From: Patescibacteria group bacterium
Lineage (GTDB): Bacteria; Patescibacteriota; Minisyncoccia; Minisyncoccales; UBA10102
NCBI GenBank assembly: GCA_022563395.1
Contig: JADFNM010000001.1
Location: forward strand, 178,830-242,829
Direction: 5' to 3'
Length of the DNA stretch: 64,000 nucleotides
Shown piece by piece: positions 9,588 through 18,832 of this stretch. The notes under the pieces were generated by a model, which did no database searches, was not told where the DNA came from, and was given only the letters and a program-made list of their open reading frames with translations. Made by a program: the position numbers and the translations under genes. The stretch's first letter is position 1; each line of letters starts with the position of its first letter.

Positions 9588-9639
9588 TTTTAAGGGATGC
9601 TCTTTACTTTTACTCCATTTTTGGTAGGATAGGGGACGT

Positions 9640-9960
9640 ATGGCAGAGATTGCTGTTATTAAAACCGGAGGCAAGCAATATATTGTGCGCCCCGGGCAAA
9701 AAATCAAGGTAGAAAAACTCCCCAAGAAAGAAGGAGCTGAAGTTGTATTTAGCGAGGTATTGCTTTTGGACGATGGCAAGAAAACAGAGATTGGTACTCC
9801 TAAAGTAACGGGAGCTAAAGTAAAAGGGAAAATACTTAAACAGAGAAAGGCAAAAAAGGTTATCGTCTTTAAGTTTAAGGCAAAGAAACGTGAGCAAACA
9901 AAAAAAGGGCACCGTCAGCCCTATAGCGAAGTAGAAATTCTCAAGATTGAGACAAAGTAA
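9640..9960 (+). CDS. rplU: 50S ribosomal protein L21
   Basis: AVIKTGGKQY and KKGHRQPYS motifs. Confidence 0.97.
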   Translation: MAEIAVIKTGGKQYIVRPGQKIKVEKLPKKEGAEVVFSEVLLLDDGKKTEIGTPKVTGAKVKGKILKQRKAKKVIVFKFKAKKREQTKKGHRQPYSEVEILKIETK

Positions 9961-10012
9961 GAACCCTTCGCTTCGCTCAGGAACCTTGATTTCTCACTTT
10001 GTTCAAAATTGA

Positions 10013-10042
10013 AGAGGGCTGCCTGAAAAGGTCAGCCCTCTA
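10013..10042. terminator. Hairpin between convergent genes (probable terminator)
   Basis: AGAGGGCTG-loop-CAGCCCTCT. Confidence 0.55.
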
Positions 10043-10075
10043 GAGTGCCGTACAGAACGTTACGGAGAGTTAGTG

Positions 10076-10474
10076 TTAATAGAGGGGAACGTCTTTGTAC
10101 GCTGAATCGTCCCTGCGTGCCCGGGCAACAAGCTCAAGCTCAACTGGCTGCCACTCACCTTCTACTCGAGCCACTGCAAAGAAGGTGACCGGCTCATGCC
10201 CAATGAGCATTCCGAATGCACTGCCAGCGGGCACTGGTACCATACACAGGAACGTGGCCCCATCATGCGCAACATATCCCACGTAGCCCTCTTGTAAGGA
10301 TGTAACCCTGAGTATGGCGACGGTCTTCCATCTCCATAGGACGCCCGAGACGATACTCAAGGATCCTGTTGTGGGGCCTACTTTGGGGTCACCGGCACAG
10401 GAAATGCCGTGAACAACGTCTCCCTCGTATTTTTTCCAGTTCCACGGCGAAAGAACTCTCATTACGAACCGCAT
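10076..10474 (-). CDS. Hypothetical protein
   Basis: ORF with GGAGGG SD-like sequence before ATG 10474 (the track gives a longer start at 10573); no recognisable family. Confidence 0.5.
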   Translation of the reverse strand: MRFVMRVLSPWNWKKYEGDVVHGISCAGDPKVGPTTGSLSIVSGVLWRWKTVAILRVTSLQEGYVGYVAHDGATFLCMVPVPAGSAFGMLIGHEPVTFFAVARVEGEWQPVELELVARARRDDSAYKDVPLY

Positions 10475-10582
10475 ATCTTCCCTCCCTCCTGGGTATTTTC
10501 TTTTTGGCTTTATAACCTTTACATTCTCCAGGTTCGTCAATAAAACACTAGCACTTTTTGTGGTATTTGTCAACCATTAGTG

Positions 10583-10624
10583 CTTAAACGAGATTTAGTT
10601 TGGGAAAACTAAATCTCGTTTAGG
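10583..10624. repeat. CTAAACGAGATTTAG-family palindromic element (dimer)
   Basis: CTTAAACGAGATTTAGTTT-GGGA-AAACTAAATCTCGTTTAGG. Confidence 0.85.
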
Positions 10625-10629
10625 AAACA

Positions 10630-11232
10630 TTAGCGGCGATTTTCTAGAGATTGTTTTAGGGTTTCAGGGTCTGCGTACTCAAGCTCACCCCCAATGGGAA
10701 GGCCTCGCCCAAGACGAGTGAGTTTCACATCCATATCTTTAAGTACTCGTTCAACATAAAGGGCAGTTACTTCACCCTCTGTTGTTGGATTTGTTGCAAT
10801 GATGACTTCTTTAATAGGGGAGTGCTGCAGGCGTTCTTTGAGTTCTTTTGTTCTTAGGGTATCTCGCTGTTCCTTTTGCAAGGGGTCTACCGCACCTCCT
10901 AAAATAAAATACAGTCCCTTGTATTCTTTGATTGATTCTAAAGCCTCAAGGTCGCTTTCTTTCTCTACCACGCAAAGAATTTTCTGGTCTCTCGTTGCAT
11001 CCTGGCAAATTACGCAGACCTCTCCTGTTTTTTGGCTTGCATCAAAAGGGGAAAAACACATCTTGCATAAGGCAACCTCGTTTCTGAGCTGTGCTATCGC
11101 TTCAATAATCTCTTTTACATCCCCTTTGGGGGCTTTGAGAATGTGAAATACAAAGCGGGCCGCGGTTCTTTGCCCCACGGTAGGAAACTGAGAGAAGAGT
11201 TGAATGAGGCGCTGGATCTGTTTTGGATACAT
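10630..11232 (-). CDS. recR: Recombination mediator RecR
   Basis: HhH (PTVGQRTAAR), C4 zinc finger (CKMC...CVIC), Toprim CVVE, ATNPTTEGE and GGELEYAD motifs. Confidence 0.96.
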   Translation of the reverse strand: MYPKQIQRLIQLFSQFPTVGQRTAARFVFHILKAPKGDVKEIIEAIAQLRNEVALCKMCFSPFDASQKTGEVCVICQDATRDQKILCVVEKESDLEALESIKEYKGLYFILGGAVDPLQKEQRDTLRTKELKERLQHSPIKEVIIATNPTTEGEVTALYVERVLKDMDVKLTRLGRGLPIGGELEYADPETLKQSLENRR

Positions 11233-11239
11233 TCATATT

Positions 11240-11279
11240 GCCTAAACGAGATTTAGGAGCTCCTAAATCTCGTTTAGGC
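11240..11279. repeat. Perfect 40-bp palindrome, reference copy of the CCTAAACGAGATTTAGG element
   Basis: GCCTAAACGAGATTTAGGAG|CTCCTAAATCTCGTTTAGGC. Confidence 0.95.
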
Positions 11280-11287
11280 GATAATGG

Positions 11288-12679
11288 TTAAAAGGAGATT
11301 TCTTCGGCTGGTTCTTGATACTCAAGGTCTTTTTTTGCAAGATCGCTAAAACTCACGGTGCGCTCATTAAAGTAGAGTTTTACTGAGCCGACCGGTCCGT
11401 TTCTGTGCTTTGCAATAATAATCTCGGCAATCCCTTGGTTGGTGGGGTCTGCCCTATACTTGTCTTCTCGGTAAATAAACAGTACCACGTCCGCGTCCTG
11501 CTCAATGCTCCCGCTGGTGCGAAGGTCTGAAAGACGTGGACGCTGCGGGGCTCTTTGTTCCACCGCCCTTGAGAGTTGGGACAACGCAAGAACAGGAACG
11601 TTGAGTTCTCTTGCCAAGCCTTTGAGGGAGCGGGAGATTTCTGTCATCTGTTGAACTTCGTTCGTTTGAGCGTTGCGAGGCTCGATAAGTTGGATGTAAT
11701 CAATAATCAACAGGCCGAGCCCCTGGTTTGCCTGCAATCTTCTTGCCATGGCCCGCATTTTCAGCACGTTTTGAAGAGAGCTGTCTTCAATATACAGAGG
11801 GGCTTCAGACAACACTCCCATTGCTTCTTGTATTCTTGCAAAGTCATTATCATCTCCTTGAGAAGAAAGTCTTCCTGTTCTCAGTTTCCAAAGATCAACA
11901 CCTGCTTGGGAGGCGATAAGGCGGTCTATAACCTGGTCTTTGGACATTTCCAAAGAAAACACTCCTACGGGAATCTGTTGCTGGACCGCAACTCTTTTTG
12001 CAATGTCCATTGCCAGGGCTGACTTTCCCAGAGAAGGACGGGCTGCCAAGATAACAAGGTCTGAATTTTGGAGCCCAGAAAGAATGTTGTCTAGGTCTGC
12101 AAATCCCGTGGCAACTCCTCTTGTGCTCTTCTCGTGCTTTGAAAGCATGTCAATTCTCTCAAAGGCCTCTTCTAAGCTGTCTTTTACCTTGGTAAAGTTC
12201 TGAGCAAAGGACTTTTGGGCAATGGCAAAGATGCTGGATTCTGCTTTGTCTAAGAGAAGGTCGGTATCTTCTGCCTCGTCATACCCCATGCTTCCTATCT
12301 CATAGGAGACGGAGATTAAGTCACGCAGGATTCTCTTTTTCTGCACAATCTTGGCATATGCCATGACATGCGAGGCAGTGGGAACAGAGTTGATGAGTTC
12401 GGTTAAATAAGCATTTCCTCCCACCTCTTCTAGTTTTTCTTTTTCTTTGAGTCTGGAGGCAACGGACAGCAAATCAATGGGCTCCCCCTTTTCAAAGAGT
12501 TCTTCTATTGCAAGGTATATTTGCTGATGAATCTTTTTGTAAAAATCTCTGGTTTCCAGAAAATCGCCAACCTTTAAAAAGGCGTCTTTATCCATCATCA
12601 AGCTGCCCAAAAGGGAGGCCTCAGCCTCAATGTTTTGTGGGGGGAGTTTGTCTGGAACAGAGGTTTTTTCTTCTGCCAT
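11288..12679 (-). CDS. dnaB: Replicative DNA helicase DnaB
   Basis: PPQNIEAE, AARPSLGKS (Walker A), IIDYIQL, LSQLSR, SGSIEQDAD and KHRNGP motifs; start set at 12679. Confidence 0.97.
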   Translation of the reverse strand: MAEEKTSVPDKLPPQNIEAEASLLGSLMMDKDAFLKVGDFLETRDFYKKIHQQIYLAIEELFEKGEPIDLLSVASRLKEKEKLEEVGGNAYLTELINSVPTASHVMAYAKIVQKKRILRDLISVSYEIGSMGYDEAEDTDLLLDKAESSIFAIAQKSFAQNFTKVKDSLEEAFERIDMLSKHEKSTRGVATGFADLDNILSGLQNSDLVILAARPSLGKSALAMDIAKRVAVQQQIPVGVFSLEMSKDQVIDRLIASQAGVDLWKLRTGRLSSQGDDNDFARIQEAMGVLSEAPLYIEDSSLQNVLKMRAMARRLQANQGLGLLIIDYIQLIEPRNAQTNEVQQMTEISRSLKGLARELNVPVLALSQLSRAVEQRAPQRPRLSDLRTSGSIEQDADVVLFIYREDKYRADPTNQGIAEIIIAKHRNGPVGSVKLYFNERTVSFSDLAKKDLEYQEPAEEISF

Positions 12680-12731
12680 AGTAGAACTATCATAGCCATT
12701 CTGGAAAGGTTTGGCAAGAACAGTAATCCTT

Positions 12732-12740
12732 TGTGGATAA
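12732..12740 (-). promoter_or_regulatory. Perfect DnaA box upstream of dnaB
   Basis: TGTGGATAA = reverse complement of TTATCCACA, ~50 nt upstream of the dnaB start. Confidence 0.55.
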
Positions 12741-12830
12741 ATAGCTTGTCGCCATTTGGGGAATGCTGTATGGTACAAAAACAGGTCCTACAATCACCCA
12801 TACGTAAACGCAGACTGAAAGGAGACGGAC

Positions 12831-13619
12831 ATGGCAGAAAAACTATGTAAGCACACCATGCCCATCCTTCAGTGTGCTCTTTGCAACAAGAATCCAATAG
12901 AGCTCAGGAAGGCTGGGATGGACCCGTATCCACGCTCGGTTGTCAGTTTGCCACCAAGTACCACGAAGCAGGTGGCAACGCCAGAGATACCAGAAGAAGG
13001 CGCTTTCGAGCCCAAACCCGAGGGCGAAAAAGAGATCGCTGAGGCAACCATCTTAAGAGAAGAGAGTCTCAGGCCAGCGGAAGACTTGGGAGACGACGGG
13101 GATATGGGAGACACGCCTCCAGAAGATGTGGAGCGAGACATGCAGGAAACCCCTGCAGCCCCTGTACCAACGCCAAAACCCATCAGAGCTTCCACTCCTT
13201 CTTCCAACGGCACAACCTCGCGTGCTCCAATCGTCCATCTGGCAACGGGGCACGAGGAAAGCCCAGATATTTCGCCTCCCGTGACAGAATCCGTAGCGGC
13301 TCCCCATCCTTCTCGCAGGACCATAAGAAAAAAAAGGGCAGCCACATCCCCTCCGCCACCTATCTCCACGGCAAAGAGGCATAGGCCAAAAAGGAGAAAG
13401 AGTGCGATATCAAACAAAAACTCTCCGAAAAGGAGAACCCGAGGAGAGACCATTCTAAGGAAACTTGGGATGCTAAAGAAGCGTCTCGAGAATATGTCTG
13501 GTATGAGCCCGGGGCAGATTTCCTCGATAACGCCGGAGGAGCGAAAAGAAATCGTCCAACAGATTTCGTTCCTCCTATGGGTTCTTCAAAAACTTGGCAT
13601 CAAGTTCTCTCCTGAATGA
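12831..13619 (+). CDS. Hypothetical protein: N-terminal CxH-x6-CxxC motif, long disordered middle, basic C-terminus
   Basis: 262-aa ORF with AAAGGAG SD-like sequence; Pro/Glu/Ser-rich then Lys/Arg-rich. Confidence 0.6.
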   Translation: MAEKLCKHTMPILQCALCNKNPIELRKAGMDPYPRSVVSLPPSTTKQVATPEIPEEGAFEPKPEGEKEIAEATILREESLRPAEDLGDDGDMGDTPPEDVERDMQETPAAPVPTPKPIRASTPSSNGTTSRAPIVHLATGHEESPDISPPVTESVAAPHPSRRTIRKKRAATSPPPPISTAKRHRPKRRKSAISNKNSPKRRTRGETILRKLGMLKKRLENMSGMSPGQISSITPEERKEIVQQISFLLWVLQKLGIKFSPE

Positions 13620-13637
13620 GAACTCCCAGCCCAGGGC

Positions 13638-15053
13638 TTAGGCTCTGGACTTTTCTTTTGGTTTTAAGCGAGGTCCTTTGGAGGTATCGTCAACCTGCCA
13701 CCCTTTCTTTAAGAGCATTTTTCGTAACTCGTCTGCCTTTTGCCACTGCTTGGCTTTTCGATACTTATCGCGTTGTTCTGCTAACTTAAGAATATCTAAT
13801 GGGATTATAATTTTTGCCTTGGCAAAGAAAATAAATCCAAAAATCTTGTCTGCCTCTTTTAAAAAGGCGAGGATTGCTTTTGAGTCTTTGAAAGAAAGCT
13901 TTCCCGCTGCCATCATGGTGTTGCCGTGGTTTATTAACTCAAAGAGGATAGAAATGGCTTTGGGAGTGTTGAAATCATCTTCCAATGCTTTTTTGAATCT
14001 TTCCCGCACTTCTTTCAAAAACCCAGTGTGTCCTAAATCTCGTTTAGGAGAACTTAGAGCTTTTAATTTATCAACAAACTCATCAATGTGTGCTAGTTCC
14101 CGCTTTGTCTGTAAAAGCAGTTTGTCTGAATAATCAATAGGGGAACGATAATGGGTTTTGAGTACCAGGAGTCGAAGCATTCGGGAAGAATGTGCTTTCA
14201 AGAAGTCTTTGATGGTAATAAAGTTGCCCAGGGATTTGGACATCTTTTCGCCTTCTACTGTCAAAAACCCAGAATGCATCCAGTGCTTTGCCATGGGTTT
14301 TTTGCCAGAGATGGCCTCCATTTGAGCAATCTCTGCTTCATGGTGGGGAAAAATGAGATCTTGAGCCCCCCCGTGCAGCTCGTACTGAACGCCGAAGCGC
14401 TTCTCTGTCATGGCGGTATCTTCAATGTGCCAGCCAGGGCGTCCCCGCCCCCAAGGGCTCGGCCAAGCGGGGTCTGACCCCGCTTTTGCTTCAAATTTCC
14501 ACAAGGCAAAGTCACCCTTATTCCGTTTGTGTATTGATTCATCAATACGGGAAACCGCATCTTCTGCCTGAAGAGAGGTTCTGCCAGAGAGCTTACCGTA
14601 ATCCTTGAACTTTAAGATATCATAATACAAGCCATCTTCCTTAATCTCATAGGCATATCCTTTTTGCACCAACCGCTTTATCTGGGTGATAATCTCTTGG
14701 ATATGTTCGGTGGCCCTGACATACTTGCTTACGCTTTTAATGCCCAGGGCCTTCATGTCTTTTAAGTACTCCTTCTCAAATCTCTTTGCTAAGGCCTTTG
14801 GAGTAACCCTGGTTCTTTTAGCCCGTTGAATAATCTTGTCGTCAATATCGGTAATGTTCTGCAGATAGTCTACCCCGTACCCTTCAAACCTTAAAAACCG
14901 CACAAAAGCGTCAAAAGAGATATAGGTTCTGGCATGACCAAGGTGCGAAAAGTCGTATACGGTGGGGCCACACACAAAAAGAGAGATTTTCTTTTTTGGT
15001 CTGGTTTTTAGGGGCTCTTTTTTTCTTGAAAGCGTGTTGTAGAGCTTTATCAT
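13638..15053 (-). CDS. cysS: Cysteine--tRNA ligase
   Basis: CGPTVYD, HLGH, GRPGWHIE, FPHHE and KMSKS motifs. Confidence 0.97.
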   Translation of the reverse strand: MIKLYNTLSRKKEPLKTRPKKKISLFVCGPTVYDFSHLGHARTYISFDAFVRFLRFEGYGVDYLQNITDIDDKIIQRAKRTRVTPKALAKRFEKEYLKDMKALGIKSVSKYVRATEHIQEIITQIKRLVQKGYAYEIKEDGLYYDILKFKDYGKLSGRTSLQAEDAVSRIDESIHKRNKGDFALWKFEAKAGSDPAWPSPWGRGRPGWHIEDTAMTEKRFGVQYELHGGAQDLIFPHHEAEIAQMEAISGKKPMAKHWMHSGFLTVEGEKMSKSLGNFITIKDFLKAHSSRMLRLLVLKTHYRSPIDYSDKLLLQTKRELAHIDEFVDKLKALSSPKRDLGHTGFLKEVRERFKKALEDDFNTPKAISILFELINHGNTMMAAGKLSFKDSKAILAFLKEADKIFGFIFFAKAKIIIPLDILKLAEQRDKYRKAKQWQKADELRKMLLKKGWQVDDTSKGPRLKPKEKSRA

Positions 15054-15117
15054 GTTTCACTATTGTATCACAGCACCAAGGTTTGAAAAATGCCTCATTT
15101 TTTGCTAGTATTGCTGC

Positions 15118-16221
15118 ATGGCCACCAATCTTGTGCTCTACCGCAAATACAGGCCCCAAAGCTTCGGAGAGGTTATAGGCCAAGACCACGTGGTTCAGAC
15201 CTTAAAAAATGCAGTGAGGGCTAACCTTATTGCCCACGCCTATCTGTTTTCCGGTCCCAGAGGTTCGGGGAAAACAACCCTGGCCAGGATCTTAGCTAAG
15301 GCGGTAAACTGCAAGAATCCCAAACAAGGAGAGCCAGACAACACGTGTGAGTCTTGCCAAGAGATAAACCAAGGAAGAGCACTGGATTTCATAGAGATTG
15401 ATGCTGCTTCTAACCGAGGCATTGACGAGATTCGAGAATTAAAAGAGGGGATTCGCTTTGTACCCGCAAGGTTAAAATACAAGGTCTTTGTCATAGACGA
15501 GGCACACCAGTTAACCAAAGAGGCCTCTAATGCCCTGTTAAAAACCCTGGAAGAACCTCCTTCCCATGCAATCTTTGTTTTAGCTACTACAGAGGTTCAC
15601 CGCATGATTGGCACCATTGTGTCTCGGTGTCAGCGCTTTGACTTTAGAAGATTGCAGGTTCCAGAAATAGTAGAACGTTTGCAAGATCTTGCAAAAAAAG
15701 AGAAGGCTACAATTGACAAGCAGGCTCTCTTGATTATTGCAGGAAGCGCCGGGGGGTCATTTCGCGACGCAGAGTCACTGCTTGACCGCGTTCTTACTTT
15801 TCATGCAGGAAACAAGATTACGCAAGAAACAGTACAAGAACTCCTTGGCATTGTAGACATTCATATTCTCTCTAAATTTGTAGACCTGCTGTTTTTGAAG
15901 AAAGCGGCTCAACCAGTGGAGTTTTTAAACAAGAAGCTGCAAGAAGGCATGGACCCCCAAGAGTTTGCAAAGAATCTGGTAGAATATTTGCGAAACCTCC
16001 TTATTCTCAAACTCAACCCAGAGCTTAAAGATACCCTTACGCCAAGCTATACCAAAGAACAGCAAGAAAAAATAGCAGAGCAGGCAAAGGCAGTGGAAGG
16101 AAAGTTTTTGACCAATGCCTTAAAACTCTTTATGGCAGCAGAGCGTGACATGAGGTATGCCGATATTGTGCAGCTTCCCTTGGAACTTGCGATTGTAGAG
16201 AGCACAATGAAAGAAGAGTAA
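15118..16221 (+). CDS. dnaX: DNA polymerase III subunit gamma/tau (short form)
   Basis: LYRKYRP, GPRGSGKT, EIDAAS, IDEAH, LLKTLEEPP and SRCQRF motifs. Confidence 0.96.
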   Translation: MATNLVLYRKYRPQSFGEVIGQDHVVQTLKNAVRANLIAHAYLFSGPRGSGKTTLARILAKAVNCKNPKQGEPDNTCESCQEINQGRALDFIEIDAASNRGIDEIRELKEGIRFVPARLKYKVFVIDEAHQLTKEASNALLKTLEEPPSHAIFVLATTEVHRMIGTIVSRCQRFDFRRLQVPEIVERLQDLAKKEKATIDKQALLIIAGSAGGSFRDAESLLDRVLTFHAGNKITQETVQELLGIVDIHILSKFVDLLFLKKAAQPVEFLNKKLQEGMDPQEFAKNLVEYLRNLLILKLNPELKDTLTPSYTKEQQEKIAEQAKAVEGKFLTNALKLFMAAERDMRYADIVQLPLELAIVESTMKEE

Positions 16222-16224
16222 CGA

Positions 16225-16340
16225 TGCGGGGTCGCCCGCCTAGACTCGACGTCTAGTCGAGGCTGGTCTAACGGCCTGCCTCGCGAAGACTCGTCTCGAG
16301 ACGAAGCGGATAATCTTCAGCAAGTCGAGGCAAGTAGGAC
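16225..16340 (+). pseudogene. Duplicated 5' fragment of tRNA-Gln interrupted by two hairpin insertions
   Basis: TGCGGGGTCG [32 nt] TCTAACGG [60 nt] TAGGAC; joined, these match tRNA nt 1-24 (TGCGGGATCGTCTAACGGTAGGAC) with one mismatch. Confidence 0.75.
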
Positions 16341-16343
16341 TTA

Positions 16344-16598
16344 ATGAAATATATAGTTTACATCCTTCAAAGTCTGTCAGCTAAAAAAAGTTATGTCGGA
16401 GTAACGGATAACATAGAACGCCGCATCAAAGAGCATAACAGCGGAAAACATTTCTATACGAAAAGGCATACTCCGTGGAAAGTAATTCATACAGAAGAGT
16501 ATTCAAACTTTCAAGAAGCACAGAGGCAGGAAAAGTACTTAAAAACCACATCAGGCAGAAGAATCATGAAGAAAATCTTTGACTCAATCAAAACATAA
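16344..16598 (+). CDS. GIY-YIG family small nuclease
   Basis: YIVYILQS...SYVGVT..IERRIKEHNSG...YTKRHTPW..EE...A..QEKYLK. Confidence 0.92.
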   Translation: MKYIVYILQSLSAKKSYVGVTDNIERRIKEHNSGKHFYTKRHTPWKVIHTEEYSNFQEAQRQEKYLKTTSGRRIMKKIFDSIKT

Positions 16599-16602
16599 TC
16601 AT

Positions 16603-16676
16603 TGCGGGATCGTCTAACGGTAGGACATGGCCCTTTGGAGGCCAGTATCTAGGTTCGAATCCTAGTCCCGCAGCCA
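16603..16676 (+). tRNA. tRNA-Gln (anticodon UUG), CCA encoded
   Basis: Acceptor TGCGGGA/TCCCGCA, anticodon arm TGGCC-CT TTG GA-GGCCA, T loop GGTTCGAATCC, 3' GCCA. Confidence 0.95.
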
Positions 16677-16787
16677 ACGTGTACGAACAGAGTCAAGAAC
16701 TTTCTTGCTCTTATAATTAATAACAAGATACGGGGTATTGAAATGGACTTTTCCCTAGTCTAATGGTATAATAACTTACATAAGATT

Positions 16788-17024
16788 ATGCTGGAAAAAG
16801 AATTAAAATATTTTATTGATAATCAAAAAGAACTCGTAGCTAAATACGAGGGAAGATTTTTAGTGATTAGGGACCAAAAAGTTCAAGGTGTTTATAACAC
16901 AGAAATAGAAGCATACAACGAAGCTAAAAATAAGTTTGAACTAGGAACCTTTTTGATACAGAGAGCTCTTTCTGGTAAAGAAGGCTACACCCAGACTTTT
17001 CATTCTCGTGTAAGCTTTCCTTAG
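16788..17024 (+). CDS. Small DUF5678-like protein
   Basis: YF..NQ.EL..KYEGRFLVI.DQKV pattern; coupled to the downstream aspartic protease gene. Confidence 0.6.
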   Translation: MLEKELKYFIDNQKELVAKYEGRFLVIRDQKVQGVYNTEIEAYNEAKNKFELGTFLIQRALSGKEGYTQTFHSRVSFP

Positions 17025-17026
17025 CC

Positions 17027-17590
17027 ATGCAAGATGCCTTTACTACAAGATATAAAGGACTGACACAAGTATTACACACACAAATAGGTGTGTGTTTGCC
17101 TTATACCAAAGAAGAAATAGAAATTAACAAAATTCAACTCAAAGAATATCTTGCAATCTGGGACACAGGAGCAACTCATTCAGCTATAACCAAGAAAGTT
17201 GCAGATGAGCTTGGATTAAAACCAACAGGTCTGGTTGATGTAAGACATGCTAAGGGATTGTCTAAAACCAATACTTACTATGTTAATATTGAGCTACCAA
17301 GCCATCTAATGATTGGCAATGTACGCGTAACAGAGGTTGAACTTATTCCAGACGCTAATACTTCAGATGACCAGCAACCACAAATTTTGATTGGTATGGA
17401 TATCATTGGTTTAGGTGATTTTGCAGTAACTAACTATAAAGGAAATACTATTCTTACATTTCGCACCCCCTCTATTGAAGAGATAGATTTTGTACCAGAG
17501 GCAAAGGAAGACAATATCATGGAAGGTGGAAATAGCCACGCACGTAAAGTTCAAAGAGCTAAAAAACGTAGAAGAGATAAGAAGAGATAA
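17027..17590 (+). CDS. Retropepsin-like (clan AA) aspartic protease
   Basis: AIWDTGAT catalytic motif and ILIGMDII C-terminal motif. Confidence 0.85.
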   Translation: MQDAFTTRYKGLTQVLHTQIGVCLPYTKEEIEINKIQLKEYLAIWDTGATHSAITKKVADELGLKPTGLVDVRHAKGLSKTNTYYVNIELPSHLMIGNVRVTEVELIPDANTSDDQQPQILIGMDIIGLGDFAVTNYKGNTILTFRTPSIEEIDFVPEAKEDNIMEGGNSHARKVQRAKKRRRDKKR

Positions 17591-17634
17591 ATTCTTTACT
17601 TTCTAATAAACTTGTACTGTAAAAACAATCAAAG

Positions 17635-17665
17635 AATCGCCAAATAGGCGGTTTTTTGGTAAGGT
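17635..17665 (+). promoter_or_regulatory. Terminator/extended -10 module (copies at 19883, 29974, 31056, 31451, 38329, 39051, 39554)
   Basis: AATCGCC-N5-GGCGG-TTTTTT-GG-TArrrT, mostly followed 5-8 nt later by ATG. Confidence 0.7.
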
Positions 17666-17671
17666 AGAGTT

Positions 17672-17860
17672 ATGAGGGGCATTTACAGCATAACAAAGGG
17701 ACAATTGATTACACTATGGTTTTTTGGAACTATTGGTTGGCTTTTCGCTGGTCTCGTTTTGCTTAATGAAATTATCAGTGCCCTCCTGTATATTTTTTTG
17801 ATTCCGTTTATTCTTATTTTCTATACTATTGGTTGGAGAAATAGTAAAAAGAAAAAATAG
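17672..17860 (+). CDS. Small 2-TM membrane protein
   Basis: 62-aa hydrophobic ORF 6 nt after the -10-like TAAGGT. Confidence 0.6.
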   Translation: MRGIYSITKGQLITLWFFGTIGWLFAGLVLLNEIISALLYIFLIPFILIFYTIGWRNSKKKK

Positions 17861-17900
17861 TGAATAGCAGAGTAGGGGAGAAATAATCTATTATCTACCT

Positions 17901-18494
17901 ATGAAGAGGAAAACTAAAAAAAGTACAGAGCTTACTACTAAGGAAGATTTGGGTAGCGACGAGGGATACTTGGAAAGTGAAGCGGTAGTAAAGCCTCCAG
18001 AAAAAGATAGTTTATTAAAGAGAATCCTATCGAGATTAGGCATGGGCGCCTTAGTCGTTGGTGGTGGCGCACTCTTTAGTGTAATTACTATTTTACAATT
18101 TTTAGTTACTGCTATCATTGGTTTAGGAATGATATGGTGGGCAGTAGTCTTATTTTTAGACGGCTCCATTATTTTGGGCCTATTGGTTCTTTTAATCGGG
18201 ACCCCAATAGCTATTGGATTAACCCACTTTTTCTTTTTCTTCTTCCTGGCGATAGGAATCCTTGCAACGATAATATGGGGAGTTGCTAACCTATTTGGTG
18301 TCGGTCTTTCTTTTGGTAATGCCTGGGATATTATTTGGCTGGTTATTGAGGTAGTGCTGCTTGGGGGTATGGCTTTTCTGGGAGTAAGTGGATTGATTGA
18401 AGCGATAAAAGAAAAGAGGGTAGCAGAGTTTTTTAAAGGAAATTGGTTCTATCTTTTACTCTTTGCATTTCTTTTTTGGTTATTTTTTCTCTAA
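17901..18494 (+). CDS. Hypothetical multi-pass membrane protein
   Basis: 197 aa, about 5-6 hydrophobic helices. Confidence 0.65.
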   Translation: MKRKTKKSTELTTKEDLGSDEGYLESEAVVKPPEKDSLLKRILSRLGMGALVVGGGALFSVITILQFLVTAIIGLGMIWWAVVLFLDGSIILGLLVLLIGTPIAIGLTHFFFFFFLAIGILATIIWGVANLFGVGLSFGNAWDIIWLVIEVVLLGGMAFLGVSGLIEAIKEKRVAEFFKGNWFYLLLFAFLFWLFFL

Positions 18495-18518
18495 GAGAAA
18501 CCAGTAAAACATCATAGT

Positions 18519-18830
18519 ATGGTCAAAAAAATCTATAGAGCAAATAATAGAGATGGCATTCTTATTGTGTTTGAGGATGGAAAACAAGTCGGTTTAACTG
18601 ATATAATGCGTGGTGTCCTACAGAACACATTCCGTACCCAGTTGGAGAATATAAAAATGCACCCTATCCCTCAGGAAGAAGGGGCATTAGAGACGAGACC
18701 TGATGAAGTAACAGAGGTTATACAAAAAGAAACTGGCTATTATTTAGAGGTTTCGGGAGATAAAGGGGATTATGATATTTCCGTTTCTCCTGAGGAGCTT
18801 AAAACTCTAATTTTTCTTGATGATAAATAA
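18519..18830 (+). CDS. Hypothetical protein
   Basis: 103-aa ORF in a tightly packed cassette. Confidence 0.55.
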   Translation: MVKKIYRANNRDGILIVFEDGKQVGLTDIMRGVLQNTFRTQLENIKMHPIPQEEGALETRPDEVTEVIQKETGYYLEVSGDKGDYDISVSPEELKTLIFLDDK

Positions 18831-18832
18831 AT

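Noticed and set aside
9563-12740. Replication origin suggested by DnaA boxes
   Set aside because: The boxes are isolated and kilobases apart, with no cluster, unwinding element or dnaA/dnaN nearby.
16225-16602. Group I intron or split tRNA carrying a homing endonuclease
   Set aside because: A complete uninterrupted tRNA-Gln follows, no matching separate 3' exon exists, and no group I core elements were recognised.
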